Notes: generated by a model not told the origin, from the sequence alone. A stretch of 64,000 nucleotides of DNA from Cyanophora paradoxa CCMP329 (GCA_004431415.1 QPMI01000588.1:62001-126000), one strand, 5' to 3'. Shown: positions 25,201 to 37,693, counted from the first letter of the stretch. Numbers and translations are program-made.

Positions 25201-28200
25201 GGACGTGGGAAGGGGGCGAGGCGGGGACCGTGAACGGGGGCGAGAGCGGGGCGACCTCGCCGCTCGACAGCGGCCGCAGGATCGGGAGGGACGCCACGGC
25301 CGAGCCGCGCCCAGGGGCGGCGTTGAGGGGCCCCGGGGCCGGCGAGGCGCCGCGCGCGGGACTGCCGGCGAGGGCCCGCGGGGCGCCGGCGACGTGGAGG
25401 AAGGCGGCGAGGGAGTCGTCGCCGGCGCGGGCGGCGGGGCTCGCGCTCGCCCCCAGCGTCGGCGCCTTGCGCGCCGCCTGCCCCACCAGCACCGAGCGCG
25501 AGCGGAAGGCGCGGGCCGCGGTCCGCGCGCCCGCGCGTGCACGGGCGAGGCGGCGCCGCTCGTCCCGAGGCGTTGCCCGAGGCGGCGGCCCCGGCGGCGG
25601 CGCGGCGGCGCTCTTCCATGCTGAGGGAGCGGCGGCGGCGCCACTCGCCGCCGCGCAGCCGCACGGGGTCGAGGCCTGAGCGCACGATGTCGATGGAGGG
25701 AATCTTCGAGCCGCCCGCGCTCTTCGGAGCGTCGCTGCGCCGGCGCGCCCCCTCCGCCGCCGCCCGCGCCGTCCCCGTGCCCCCGAACGAGCGCGAGGCG
25801 CCCAGGAGGTAGGGCCCGCCGCCGGCCAGCGGCAGCGCGTGCGGCAGCGAGGCGCGCCGCCGGTGCGCGCGGGCGCCGCCGGGCCCCGCGGCGACGATGC
25901 GGGACCAGGCGGGGTCCGAGGGGTCCGGCGCGCTGGCGCGGCGCGGGGCCGGCAGGGGCGAGTAGAGCGCCGGCGCGGGGGCGGCCGGCGGGACAGGGCC
26001 GCCGCCAGCAGCGCCACCGCCGCCTCGCGGGCCGCCGCCGAGACGCGCCGCCCGCCGGCTCCGTCGGCGGCCGCCCCGCCGGGGCTCGCCTCGCCCTCCC
26101 CCCGCTCTCCTCGCCCTTGGCCGGCGCGGCCGCCCCGGCGCCCTCGCTCCGCCCCGAGCTCGAGCTCGCCAGCGGCGAGGTCGGCCCTACCTTGGCGGGC
26201 GCCGCCCCCGCCGCCACCGCCCGGCGCCGCCCTCGGCGGCGGCCGCTGCGCGCGGGGCGGGCCAGACGGGAGCGGAGGCGCCGGGGCGGCCCGGGGCCGG
26301 GGAGGCCTCCGAGTCGGAGGAGGCGGTGGCGTCTGTCCAGCTCCCCTCGCTCCCGCTCGCCGCGGCCCCGGCGGGGGCCTCGCGCGGGTCGCAGAAGACG
26401 ACGACCTCCCCGGGGCCACCTTGCCCTCGGGCACGGCCCGCAGCGGCGGCGGCGCCGCCTGCCCGGGCGGCGCGAGAGGACGCCCAGGACGCCCCGCAGC
26501 TGCACGGGGCTGCGGAGGGCGCGCAAGTCAGACGGGGGCGGCGGGCCGGCCGGGAAGCGAAGAGGAGGGTGGGGCGTGCCTGAGGGGCAGGCTGCTGTGG
26601 ACGCGGGGCATGCGTGCCAGCGCCATCACCGACCGCACCGTCGCCCTGCGCGCGCAGGGCGGCTCGGGCCGGCGGAGGGCGGCGGGGCGGGGCGGGGCGA
26701 GGCGGCGCGCACGTCGCGGCGCGCTTGATGCGATCGGATATGGAGGAAGGCAGCTCCACCGGCGGCGGCGCCGCAACCGCCGCCGCCGACGCGGCCGGCG
26801 GCACAGGCGCGGGGCGACGGCGGCGGCTGGCGCGCGCCTGCGGCGGCGCCTGCGGGCCGGGGCGGGGCGCGCCTCGGCCTTGGGGGCGTCGGGCTCGGTC
26901 TCGGTGGCGGTGGCGGGAGGAGCTCGGGCTGGGCCGGCGCGGGGGCCGCCCCCTCCTCCTTCTCGGCCCCGGAGAGGGAGGCCCCGACCGGACGGCGGGG
27001 ACCGCCTCCTCGGGCCCGGGAGGAGGAGCGGCCCGGCAGCCGGCGGCGCAACGGCGGCGGCGGCGGCGGCGGCGGCCTCCTCGCCGCGGAGCTCGGCCGG
27101 CTCGACGTGGGGCGCCCCGCCCGGCCCGAAGAGGAGCTCGGCGGGGGCGTCCATGATCGAGCCGCGCCGCCGCGAGGCCCGCACGCTCCTCCCGTGCTCC
27201 GGCTGCGAGCCGCGCCGGCTGTGCTCCGGCTGCGAGCCGCGCCGGCTGTGCTCCGGCTGCGATGTCCGCCGGCTCTTCGCCGCGCTCGAGCGCCGGCTCG
27301 CCGCCCCAGCTGCGCCCCGCCGGCTGTGCCCCGCCGGCTGCGCCGCCGTCGGCTGCGCCGCCGCCGCCGCCGCCGCCGCCGCGGGCCCAGCAGGGCCGTC
27401 AGGTTCAGCGCCGGCACGGGCAGGCTCGCAGCCCGCCGCCGCGCCGTCCCGTGCCCACCGCCGCGGGCGCCGCGGCCGCGGCCGGCGCGGGCGCCGCGGG
27501 GACGGCGAGGTCTGCCACGGGCCGGCCCCGAGCGGGAGTGCGGGGACGCTTGCGGGGCTGGCGACCTTGCCCTCCCCTGCGACCGCCTCCGCCCGCTTGG
27601 CCTCCGCGGGGCCGGCCTCCGCCGCGACGGGCGCGGCGGCGGCCTCGCTGCCCGACGAGGGGACCTCGCTGCCGCTCTCGGCGGCGCTCTCGCCGGAGGT
27701 CCCCTCCTCCTCGTCCTCCTCGTCGTCGTCCGAGTCGGGGACGCGGAGCGGGTACGTGACCATCGCGCCCTTGCCCTTGATCGTCATCTCCTCGGCGGGG
27801 CCGAAGTCGAAGGCCTCCCCCTTGGCGCCCCCCGCCGCCGCCTGCGCCCGCACCCGCTCGTGCATCCGCGCGCTGAACCGCGCCGAGTCCGGCGCCGCTG
27901 CGCGCCCCCGCCCGCGTCGGCTGCAAGACAAAGCAAAGCGTAGCGACGCGGAGCAAGCAAGCGGGGGCACCGTAGTAGCACATGCGCTGCGCGACGTTGA
28001 CCGTGTCCCCGCTGCGAGCGGCGCGAGTGAGAGGGGTGGGAGGGTGGGGCCGGGCGCGGGCGCACAAGACGTCGTAGAAGACGCGGCAGCCGATGAGGCC
28101 GGCCACGATCGGCCCGCAGTGCAGCCCGACCTGAAGAGAGCGAGAGAGGGGGACGGCGGCGTCGGCACGGAAAAGGGGCCTGCCGGGCCCGGCGGCGGGG

Positions 28201-30946
28201 GCGGGCGGGGGCACCTTGATGGAGAAGCCGGAGTCGCGGGCCATGGCGAGGGCGTCCCGCGCGAAGCGGGCGGCGGCGAGCGCGTGGTCCTCGGGGCGCT
28301 CCTCGGGGAGCCCGCACGCCGCCATGAACAGGAACCCGATCGTCTTGATCCGGAACACCTGCGCCGGCGCCTTCCGTGGGCCAAGGCCAAGGCCGAGGCC
28401 AAGGCACAGCGGAGCGGCGGGGCGGGGCGGGGCGCACGCCGTGGCGGTCGCAGATGTCCTCCAGGCGGCTCATGTAGCGGTTGATCCGCGGCATCACCCT
28501 GCCCCGCCCCGCCCGGCCTCGGCGGGGGGCGGGGCGGGGGCGGAGGCGGGCGGGCGGCGTCAGGGGCGCACGCCGCGAGGTTCTGGGCGGTGGTGCGGGG
28601 CGGGTTGCTCAGCGCCACGAACAGGATCGTCACTGCCGCGGCGTCGGCGGCGGGGCGGGGCAGACGGGGGCGGGGCGGGGCGGGGCGTGCGGACCCTCCT
28701 CGAAGGCGCGGTTGACGGTCTGCTCGCGCCCCGCCTTCCACGCGGCGATCACGCTCTCCGGCAGCACGGACTGCAGGATCTTGTCGCCCTGGCGGAACGG
28801 GGGTGAGGCGGGCGGGAGGGAAGGGGCGGGGGAGGCGAGCGGGGGGGGCACCTTGGCCTTCTCGGCGGAGGCCATGGCCTGGGTCTCGCGGGAGAGGCGC
28901 CCCAGGAGGAAGTTGCGGCGAGAGACGGCCTCCAGCGCCCGCCCGATGACGAGGACGAGCACGATGACCTCGAGCGGGGGCACGGTGTGGAAGAGGGCCT
29001 GCAGGGGCGAGACGTAGCCGGCCGTCGTCCCGAGGAGGATCCCCGCCATCGCCAGGTTCGCGAAGAAGGAGAAGGAGACAAGCACGCGGCAGATCACCGT
29101 CAGCGCCACTGCGCGCCCGAGGTCAGCTCCTCAGCGGGGCGCCTGGGGGCAAAGAAGGCGGGGCCGGGGTCACCGATTGCGACGGGGGCGACCATGGGGG
29201 CGTCCGTGTCGGTGGTGGCGAGGCGGGTGTAGGAGGTCCCCGCGACGAGGGCGAGGCAGAAGAGCGCCGTCACCAGGTTGTGGCTCACGATCGGGTGCCG
29301 CCGCGCCAGCGGGCTCGCGTACACGGCGAGCGCCAGGGCGGCGGAGATGGCGGCCCCCGCGTAGCCGAGGGCGGACTGGCGGGGCCGGTCGGAGAGGAGG
29401 AGGGCGTAGCCGGCGAGGAGGGCGCAGATGAGGAGGGCCCCGACGGCGCAGAGGCGGGAGCGGACGATGCCCTCGCCGGCGTAGTCGCGCCGGAACTCGC
29501 GCTCGAAGCCGGCGTCCCCGAAGAAGAGCGTCGCGGCGCTCGCGCGGCCCTTCTCCAGCAGCGCCGCCGCCGCCCCGCCCGTGTCCTGCGACAGTACGCT
29601 GTCCATGAACTCGAAGACCACTGCGCGGCCGCCCGTCAGCTCGCGCCGGCGGGCGGGCGCGAGGGGCCGGGCGGGGGGTGCGGCGCGCCCTGGTTGTTGT
29701 CCTGCTGCCCGCCCCGCGCCGTGAGGGCCGCCGGCAGGTGCCGGAAGGTCATGCCGCCCCCGGCGTTGGCCGCCGCCGCGGTCGCCGCCGCCGCCGCCGC
29801 CGCGTTGGCGTCGAGGTCGCCGCGCCGGTGGCCCATGTGCGCCGAAGTGGACGGGATGTGCGCCCCGGAGGGGATGCCGGCGCGGTGCGGCGCCACCGAC
29901 GTGCCGGCGATCGACGTGCCCCGCTCCCGCTGCGTCGCCGTCGCGCTGCGCTGCCCCCGCGGGCTGCCCGGCGCGTGTCGGCGGCGGTGCGGGGCGGGGC
30001 GGGGCGCGCGAGAGAGAGCAAGGCACCTGCCGGGGAGGGAGCCAGCGGGGCTGAGGGCGGCCGAGGTGGGCGCCGTCGCCCCCGTGGTCCACATCGACTC
30101 GCGCCGCGCCTGCGCCGTCGCCAGCGCGCTCTCGTAGTCCGTCATCTGCCGCTTCCCTGCGCCCCGCCGCCCGCCCGCTCGCCCGCGCGCTCGCGAGGTG
30201 CCGCGCGGGCGGGGGCGGGGCGCACCGGTGGAGAAGGTGGCCATACGCTTGAAGGTGGGGCGGGAGGACGGGGCGCTGGCCATCGCCGGCGAGCTCGGGA
30301 TGCCGCCGGGCGAGCGGCCGGCCGCCGCTGACACGCTGGGCGGGCTCTGCGGCGGCGACGTGCTCTTGGAGGGCAGCGAGGCGGCCGCCGCCGCGGGCGC
30401 CGCCTCCTCGTCGCTGTGCTTGCCGACCGAGACGCTGAGGCCCACGAAGCGCTTCTTCGAGCCGCCGCCCGCTCGCCGCTCGCTGCCGGCCGTCGCGGGG
30501 GACTCCGCCCGCGCCGCCTGCTTCTCGCCCGCCTCCTCGTCGCCGTCGCCGTCGCCGTCTGCCTCGGAGAAACGCATGCGCTGGTTCTTCCCGGAGCGAC
30601 TTGAGCGCGGCCTTGAGGCTGGCCGCCCCGTTGACGGATCGGGAGTCTTGGAGCTGGACCGGGCGGCGATGTCGTCCGAGAGCGGTGCCTTCTTCCCCGT
30701 TGCTCGCCGCACCGCCGGAGATGCAACTAACGCCGCAACGCTCGGCATGCGCTCTTCTGAGCCGGCGCCGAGGCCGATGCTAACTTTGCTCTTGCGGGTG
30801 CCATCGGACCGGGATTCGGTCCGCAAGGCGCCCAAGAGGCTGCCTCGCCGGGAAGAATCAACACCTCCGGAAGAAGGAGGATCACCGCCGGCAGGAGCGC
30901 CGCCCGCCGACTCCCGTCTTGAGAGCCTCCTTTCGAGGAGACCCAT
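22299..30946 (-). CDS. Membrane-bound class III nucleotide cyclase (probably adenylyl) with two transmembrane clusters and two catalytic domains
   Basis: TM cluster 1 at ~28900-29470; catalytic domain 1 at ~27750-28800 (RIKTIGFLFMAACG, GLHCGPIVAGLIG, FYDVLGDTVNVAQRM, IKGKG); TM cluster 2 at ~23300-23800; catalytic domain 2 at ~22400-23200 (ADIVGFT, KTIGDAWIAVAG, RVGIA, WDLFG, AQRLES). Long low-complexity linkers. Confidence 0.88.
24886..24971 (-). repeat. 30-bp coding tandem repeat x3 (GGAATARGTA)
   Basis: gtgccgcgcgccgtggcggc(c/g)ccgccggcg repeated on the + strand. Confidence 0.85.
27194..27262 (-). repeat. 27-bp coding tandem repeat x2.5 (SQPEHSRRG)
   Basis: gtgctccggctgcgagccgcgccggct repeated on the + strand. 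Confidence 0.85.
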
Positions 30947-31220
30947 CCCACCGTGGCACCGGCGGGACCTCGCTAGCAGCTTCTAGCGACGTCTCCGCAT
31001 GCTACTAAAGGCGGCTGCCAATTGCGTCGCTACAACGAGGCCGCGATCCAAGCTTATAAGGTCGGCTCCTCAAATTCGTCAACCCCGCTGTGATCCGCCC
31101 GCGGGCTATCACAGCTGCTCTGGGCCTCTGGCAGCTTCCCGGCGGAGCTGCTAGCCTAGTAGAAGCTCATGAAGGCTGGCTTGCAGAAGACCCACTCACG
31201 AGATCAGCGTACCCCCTGAG

Positions 31221-31735
31221 TAACGCTTGCAAGTTTGGACTTGCGGAGCCGGAGGCCCGGAGCAAGTCCATGTGACCCCTGTTTTTTTCGTGTGGTCGCT
31301 TCGCTCAACGCGTACGCGAACCGCATTCGACTTTTCCGGCCTTCCGAAGTCGGCAATTCGCGATCGCCGGCCCGCGGGGCGGCGCGGCCTGCAGCTGCGG
31401 CCCGCGGGGTGGCGCCGCCACGTGCACTCAGTGACTGGCGCGGGCCGCGCGGCCGGCCGGCGGGCCCGCGCTACGCCGCTACTACTGGCCCGCTACCCCT
31501 TGGGCCCTTGCAAGCCTTGAAGGGGTAACGCTTGCAAGTTGCAAGCTGAAGTCCCGGGAGTCGGGGGCCGGGACTCGCGGTCCGAGTCGCGGACCAAGCC
31601 TGGCAAGTCCATGTGACCCATGTTTTTTTCGCGCGGTCGCTTCGCTCTACGCGCGCGTACGCGTACGCGTCGTACAGTCTCGTACTACGCGAACCGCATT
31701 CGACAATTTCGTCTTTTCCGGCGCCTTCTGCAATC
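31221..31735. repeat. Imperfect intergenic direct repeat (about 31221-31345 and 31526-31730)
   Basis: Shared blocks taacgcttgcaagtt, gcaagtccatgtgaccc.tgtttttttcg.g.ggtcgcttcgctc and tacgcgaaccgcattcgac. Confidence 0.8.
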
Positions 31736-31974
31736 TTAAATTCGCCGCGGCACTGCGCCGTGCGGCCGCACTTCGGCCGCCGGGCGCCGCCGGCGCACGC
31801 CGGCGTGACGCCGCTGCGCCCCGCCGGGCGGCGCCGGCCCGACGTCGACGGCGGCGCCGGCGTGGGGGCGGCGCCGGCGAGCATTAATGTGCAAAATGGA
31901 GTTTATTAACATGCAATTGCACACATGCATCGCGGATCATGATCATCGGATATCCGATCACGTATCGATATCGA

Positions 31975-32664
31975 TCACATGCATGGTGCCGCGGCGGAAC
32001 GGCTAGGCGTGGACGGGGAGGGGGAGGGGGCCCCCGAGACCCTCCTTGGGCTCGGGGCCCTTGCCTGCGGGGGCGTCGGCCTCGCAACCGGGCCCCTGGA
32101 CGGCGGGGAGGGCGTACAGGGCCGCCCGCCCGCCCCCGCCCCCGCCGGCCCCGGCGTGCACTCGGCGCGGCGAGAGCGCCGCCAGCAGCTCTGCGCCGCG
32201 GCGCGGGTGGGGGCGCTCAGAGGGGCGGGAAGGCGAGAGGGGCGCGGGAGGGGCGGGGCGGGGCGCACGAGCGAGGAAGCCTGCGGGCGGGGCGGCGGGC
32301 GGGCGGGGCGGGGGCGGGGGACGAGCCCCGCGGCGGCGAGCCAGCGGAGGTGCAGGTGAACGCTCCCCTCCGTGATGGGGGGCACGGAGCGCAGCCACGC
32401 CCGGTCCACGCACGAGGCCACCCTGCGGGCGGGGTCAGCAGGGGGAAGGAGCGGGCGGGGGGGTGGGTACACGCGCCGGCCCCAGAGGGGGGACATGTGC
32501 CAGTGGCCGGAGAGGACGCTCGAGGGGTCCCCGTCGGCTGCCGGCCGCGTCGGGAGCGCGGAGCGGGAGGGGGAGCGCGGGAGGGGCACGCACTGGAGAG
32601 GAGGGCGCGGAGGTAGGGTGCGAGGGGCCGGAGGGGCAGCGGGGCGGCGCCGGGCGAGGCCGGA

Positions 32665-32695
<31 letters not shown>

Positions 32696-35600
32696 AGTCG
32701 TCGAGGGGAGGGGGCGGCGGGGTAGCCGGCGGAGGCGAGCCATGCGCCGAGGTCGGCGAGGGGCGCCGCCTCCGCGTTGACGAGGTGGTGGAGGGCGAGC
32801 CGCCCCGGCGCCGGCGCGGCCGCCGGGCCGGGCGGCCCCGCGGCGGCGCGCGCGGCGATGAAGGCGGCGGCGCAGTCGACGGGGGCGGCGTTGAGGCGGG
32901 CTCCGAAGGCCGCCTCGGGCCAGGCCCCGAGGCGGGCGGCGGAGGCGAGGAGGCGGGTGAGGAAGTCGGCGGGGTTCGAGGCGCCGGCGCGGCGGGACCA
33001 GGAGAGGTACCCCGCGCGGTAGACGTCGGCGCGGAGGCCGGCGCGGCAGGCGCGGGCCACCAGCGCCTCCCCCACCCACTTGCTCTGCCCGTACCCGGAG
33101 GCCTGCAGCAGCTCCGGCGGCACCGCCGTCCGCCCGTCCGCGAGCGGCCGCGCCGCGTGCGCGCACGCCGCGTGCCGCCGCGCAACCTGGGGGCCGTCGG
33201 GGGCGTGTCCGGTCACAGGGGGAAAGGCGGCCTTCAAGCGGACCTCGTCGGCGTCCTTGGCGGGGGCGAGGAAGGGCATGAGCGCCGCCACCGACGAGAC
33301 GAAGTGCAGCCGCTGCGCCCCCGGCGCTCAGGTGCGCTCGAGAGGCCTAAAGGCGGGGCGCGGGGCGGGCCTTGAAGGGGAGGGAGTGGGCGGCGAACGA
33401 GAGGATCTCGACGGTGGCCGCCACGTTGGCCGCCCTGCCCGGCCGGGCGGCCCCACTCAGAGGGGCCGAAGGGAGGGGGGCGGGGGCCAGGAGCGGGGGA
33501 GGGCACCGAAGGTCGGGGTAGGGGCGGAGCCAGTCGACGGCGGCCGCCGCGTGCACCACGCTGTGCACGCTCCCGCACAGCTGCGGACGAAATGAGAAGA
33601 GAAGGTCGAAGGGGGAAGGAAAGGGGGGTACGGGCGCGCCTCGTCGTAGGCGAACTCGGGGAGGCCGAGGCGGGGCTTCTCGAGGGCGGCGGGGAGGCAG
33701 CGGAGGCGCCCCGCCGCCGCCGCCGCCGAGGCGGACCCCTCGGGGAGCCCGAAGCGGCGGAGGGCGTCCGCCACGCGCCGCGCGCACTCCTCCGGCGCCG
33801 CGCCCCGCACCAGGCACGTCACCGCCGCCACCCGCCTGGCCCGCCCGCGTGAGAACGAGGGCGAAGCGGAGCGGAGCGTTCTTCGCCGTGGGAAGGCTCG
33901 TACTTGTTGGCGAGGAGCTCGGCGAGGATGTGGGAGCCGAGGAAGCCCGTGGCCCCCGTGAGGAGCACGTGCACGCCGCCGCCCCCGCGCGCGCCGCCGC
34001 CGGCGGGGCGCAGCGGGAGGAGCCGCGAGGCGCCGATGACCGCCGCCGGCAGCTGCGCGTCCTCCGCCAGCGCCCGCGCCGTCTGCTCCGCCGCGTGGCC
34101 CTCCAGCTCGCCCCGCACGCCCGCCTCTGTCCCCGCGGCGGCGGCGGCGGCGAGGCGGCGGAGCGGGAGGCGGAGGACGGCGGTGAGGAGGGCGGCCGGC
34201 GGGGCGCGGGGCGCGCGCTCGGCGAGGCGGGCGGCGAGCTCGGCGGCGAGGAGCGAGTCGGCCCCGAGCTCGGCGAATGTGCGCCCCTCGTCGCCCTCCG
34301 CCAGCCGCCGCCCCGTCAGCTCCTCCACCAGCCCCCGCAGCGCCTCCGCCCCCGGCTCCGGCTCCGGCTCCGGTGGGGGCGGGGCCCCCGCCGCCGCCTT
34401 GTCCTCCTCCTCCTGCGCCAGCGCCGCCGGCGAGACGGCACCGGCGGCCGGAGCGCGCGGCTCCTCCTCGCTCCCTACGACCCCGCTCTCCTTCTTCTCC
34501 TGCGGGTTCGGGCCCGGGGCGGGCGGGGCGGCCTCGTCCTCGCCCCGGAGGGCGGCCTCGATGCGGGCCCTGTAGTGCCGGAGGAGGCCGGCCCGCGCCG
34601 GCTTCCCGCTGCTCGTCAGGCACCCGTTCCCTGGCGTCCACACCGTCTCGTCCACCACAATCCTAACCCGGAGGTGGGTACAGGGATGGGGCGGGGCGGG
34701 CGGGAGGGGTACGCACCGCTGGGGGACCTCCCGCGGGGCGAGCCCCGCCCGCCGCGCAAGCTCCTCGAACTCCGCTGCGGCGAAAGTGAGGGAAGGGGGT
34801 ACGCGGTCGGGGCGGGACGGGCTGGAGGGGTACCTTTCACACGGTCGGCAAAGGCGGCCGCCGCGCGGGGGCCGTCCCCCTGCGGCCCGTGAGCCCAACG
34901 CGAAGCGCGCTGGATGAGGGAGGGGGAGGGAGGGGGTACAAGGCACCTGGAGGGCGAGCGGGGCGGGTACGCAGACGGCGACTGTGAAGGGCGCCCCGGG
35001 GGCCGCGTGCACGAAGATCCGCGAGACCAGCGGGGACTGAGAGGGTGAGGGAGTCAGGGGGTACAGATCACTGATGGTCGGAAGGGGGGTACCGAGGCGT
35101 AGAGGGCCTCGAGCTTGGCGCAGGAGACGAACTTGCCGTCCGCCAGCTTCGAAAAGTTCCTGGGGGTGGGCCGGGGGAGGGGTCGGGGGTCAGGGGGTAC
35201 TGGATACGAAACGGACAAGGGGGGGGGGGGGGCGGGGGGCACCGGAGGCGGTCGACGAGGCGGAAGCCACCCTCCGGGGTACGCGCGCAGACGTCCCCCG
35301 TGCGGTACCACGGGCCCTCCATCTCCCACGCCTCTAGAAGAGACCAAGTCAGAGAAGAAGAGGAAGAGCGGGAGGGGAGCCGTGGATGGCCGCGGCTGTG
35401 GCTCGCCGAGGGACTCGTCGGGGTCGTTGTGGTAGCGGGGGACGAGGAGCGGGTGGTGGAGGAGCAGCTCGCCCCGCTGCTCCCGCTCGACGGCGGCCTC
35501 GTCGATCCCGAGGGAGGGCACGGCCCGCAGCCGCGCGCGGAAGCCGAAGCAGAGCTCCCCGTCCACCATCACCCCGCCCTGCGACCGCGAAGCTAAGCTT

Positions 35601-37446
35601 AGACTGGGCGAGGAGGGGTGAAGAAGGAGGGTGGGATCGCGCCTGGGTCTCGGAGCAGCCGTAGCCGTCGGCGACGCGGACCCCGAAGGCGCGGGCGAAG
35701 AACTCGCGCACGGCGGGGGCCACCAGGGCGCCCCCCGCGTACAGCCGCTCGCACCGGTCCCCGAAGGGGCAGGGCACCCGCGGCGGGTCCTCGGCGTCCA
35801 TCGGGCGCCCGGCGGCGCGGGCGCGGCCCAGGGCCTGCTTCTGGACCATCTCAAAGAAGGCGGGCGGGGCGAAGAAGCCCGTGGGGCGCAGCGAGGCGAG
35901 CTCCTCCACGAGGCGGGGGCCCAGGTCCAGCAGGCCGACCCGCCCGCCGGCCCCGACCGCCGCCCACACCGCCTGCTGCACCGCCACGAACGGCGCCGGC
36001 ACGAAGCTCGCGCTCACCCGGTGCGTCGCTGCGCGGGGGTAAGGCGAGGGGGGGGAGGAGGAGGGGGTACGCGCAGTAGAATGTGTTCGTGGCGGTCATG
36101 ACGCGGAAGAGGGCGTTGGAGAGGGGTACCGCCTTCGGCGCCCCCGTCGAGCCGCTCGTGAAGATCTGGGGGGGGGGGGGAGGGTGAACGGCGGCGAGGG
36201 GTACAGGGGAGGCGGGCGGGGGCGGACGATGCGGCCGATGTCCTCGGAGGGGTCGGAGAGGGCGGGGTCGACGGGGATCTCGGCGGGGGGCACGGGCGCC
36301 GCCTCGGGGAGCTGCCCCTCCCGCAGCAGCGCGCACCGGGCGGGCCCGCCCCGCGCCGTCGGCGCCTCGGGCTCCGGGGCGGGCGGGGCCAGCGACTCGC
36401 GCAGGGCGACGAGGTAGCGGAGGGCGGGGCAGCGCGGGGCGAGGCGGGCGAGGCGGGGCGCGAGGTCGGCGCCGCAGAGGACGGCGGCGGCGCCGGCCGC
36501 GCGCAGCTGCGCCTCGAGCTCCTCGTCCCCCGCGCTCGCGAAGAGCCCCGCCGAGACCAGCCCCGCGTACAGGCACGCGATCTGCGGCCCGGCCCCGATC
36601 AGACCAGATCAGACGCGGCCCCGACGGGATCAGATCAGATCGGGCGGGCCTGGCCGACGAAGAACTCGGGTGTGTTGCGGGAGGTGATGAGGCCGGCGAC
36701 GGCGCGGGGCGGGAGCAGGCGGGCGAGAGCCTCCCCCAGCTCCCGCGCCCGCCCCCGCACCTCCCCGAAGCTCGCCCACCGCCACGCCCCCTGCCCCCGA
36801 GCTCGAGCTTGAGCCCGGGCGAGGCGGCGACGCGGCGGGGCGGCGGGGCAGGCGGGCGCGCACCTCGTGGAGGCGGCCGAACATGGGCCGCCCGCTGTAC
36901 GTCGCCAGCATGCTGCGCGCCGCCGCTCGCTCGGGCCGGGGCGGAGGCGGGGGACGGGGGCGTGCGGGGCGCGGGCCGGGCGGAGACGCACCAGTCGACC
37001 CAGTCCCGCATCGTCTCGCCGGAGATGGAGCCGCGCACGGCCTCCAGCGGCAGCCGGTCGCGCGCCCGAAAGCCCCCGCCCCCGCCCGCGCCCACGCACT
37101 CCCCATGCACCGATTTGAAGCTGTCGTCGTCCAGCTCGCAGCAGTCCGCGCAGACCGGCTTGCTGAAGCACTCCAGGCAGTGCGTCCGCTCCTCGCCGGC
37201 CACGATCATCTCCCCGCAGATGGCGCAGGGCTCCTCGCCTGGCGCCGGCGGCGGCCTCCTGCTGCGGGCCGTGCGGGCCGTCCGGAGGCCGCCGCTGCGT
37301 GCTGTGCGCGCCGTGCGCGACGTGCGGACCGTGGCTGCGGCGCTGCTGGAGGGCGTGGCGGCCGGCCGCAGCTGGAGGACGGGCAGCCGTACGCGGCCCT
37401 CGTGCACGGGCATCTTCGACCCCTCCGCCTGCTGCGGCGACTCCAT
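31975..37446 (-). CDS. Carboxylic acid reductase-like NRPS-type enzyme (adenylation - carrier - thioester reductase) with an N-terminal Cys-rich domain
   Basis: A domain: IFTSGSTGAPK, GYGCSET, WYRTGD, DRL..FSKLADGKFVSCAKLEALY, LTSSGKPAR. Carrier: FAELGADSLLAAEL. Reductase: LLTGATGFLGSHILAELL, VHAAA, GYGQSKWVGE, YRAG. 3' end uncertain (about 32000-32300). Confidence 0.85.
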
Positions 37447-37693
37447 GCTGGCCCTTCGGTGCGCCTCGATCTCTCGCCTGTCTGCCTGCGTGCGTCCTAG
37501 AACACGCCTGCCTCCTAGTCGTCCTGCGCTAAATCAGTCCTCTGCGAGCGCCGCAGACGTGCGCAGCGATAAACGAGTGAGCTGGCGTGCGCAGCAGCAG
37601 CAGCAGAGTCTGGCGTTTCGCAGCGAGGCCTGTACCCGGAGGTGTGTGGGTACAGGGGCAGAAGATACCGAGCCTCGACTCGCGCATCAAAGC

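Noticed and set aside
23353-28484. Very long Arg/Pro/Ala-rich ORFs (1057 aa minus, 881 aa plus)
   Set aside because: Shadow frames of the cyclase gene caused by high GC; no domain content
10159-30946. P-type ATPase-cyclase fusion as in alveolate guanylyl cyclases
   Set aside because: The genes are on opposite strands, ~6 kb apart with other genes between, and the ATPase is ENA-like rather than P4-like
31975-37446. Lys2 alpha-aminoadipate reductase or multimodular NRPS cluster
   Set aside because: No condensation domain or tailoring genes nearby; the A-domain motifs look CAR/acyl-CoA-synthetase-like rather than Lys2-like
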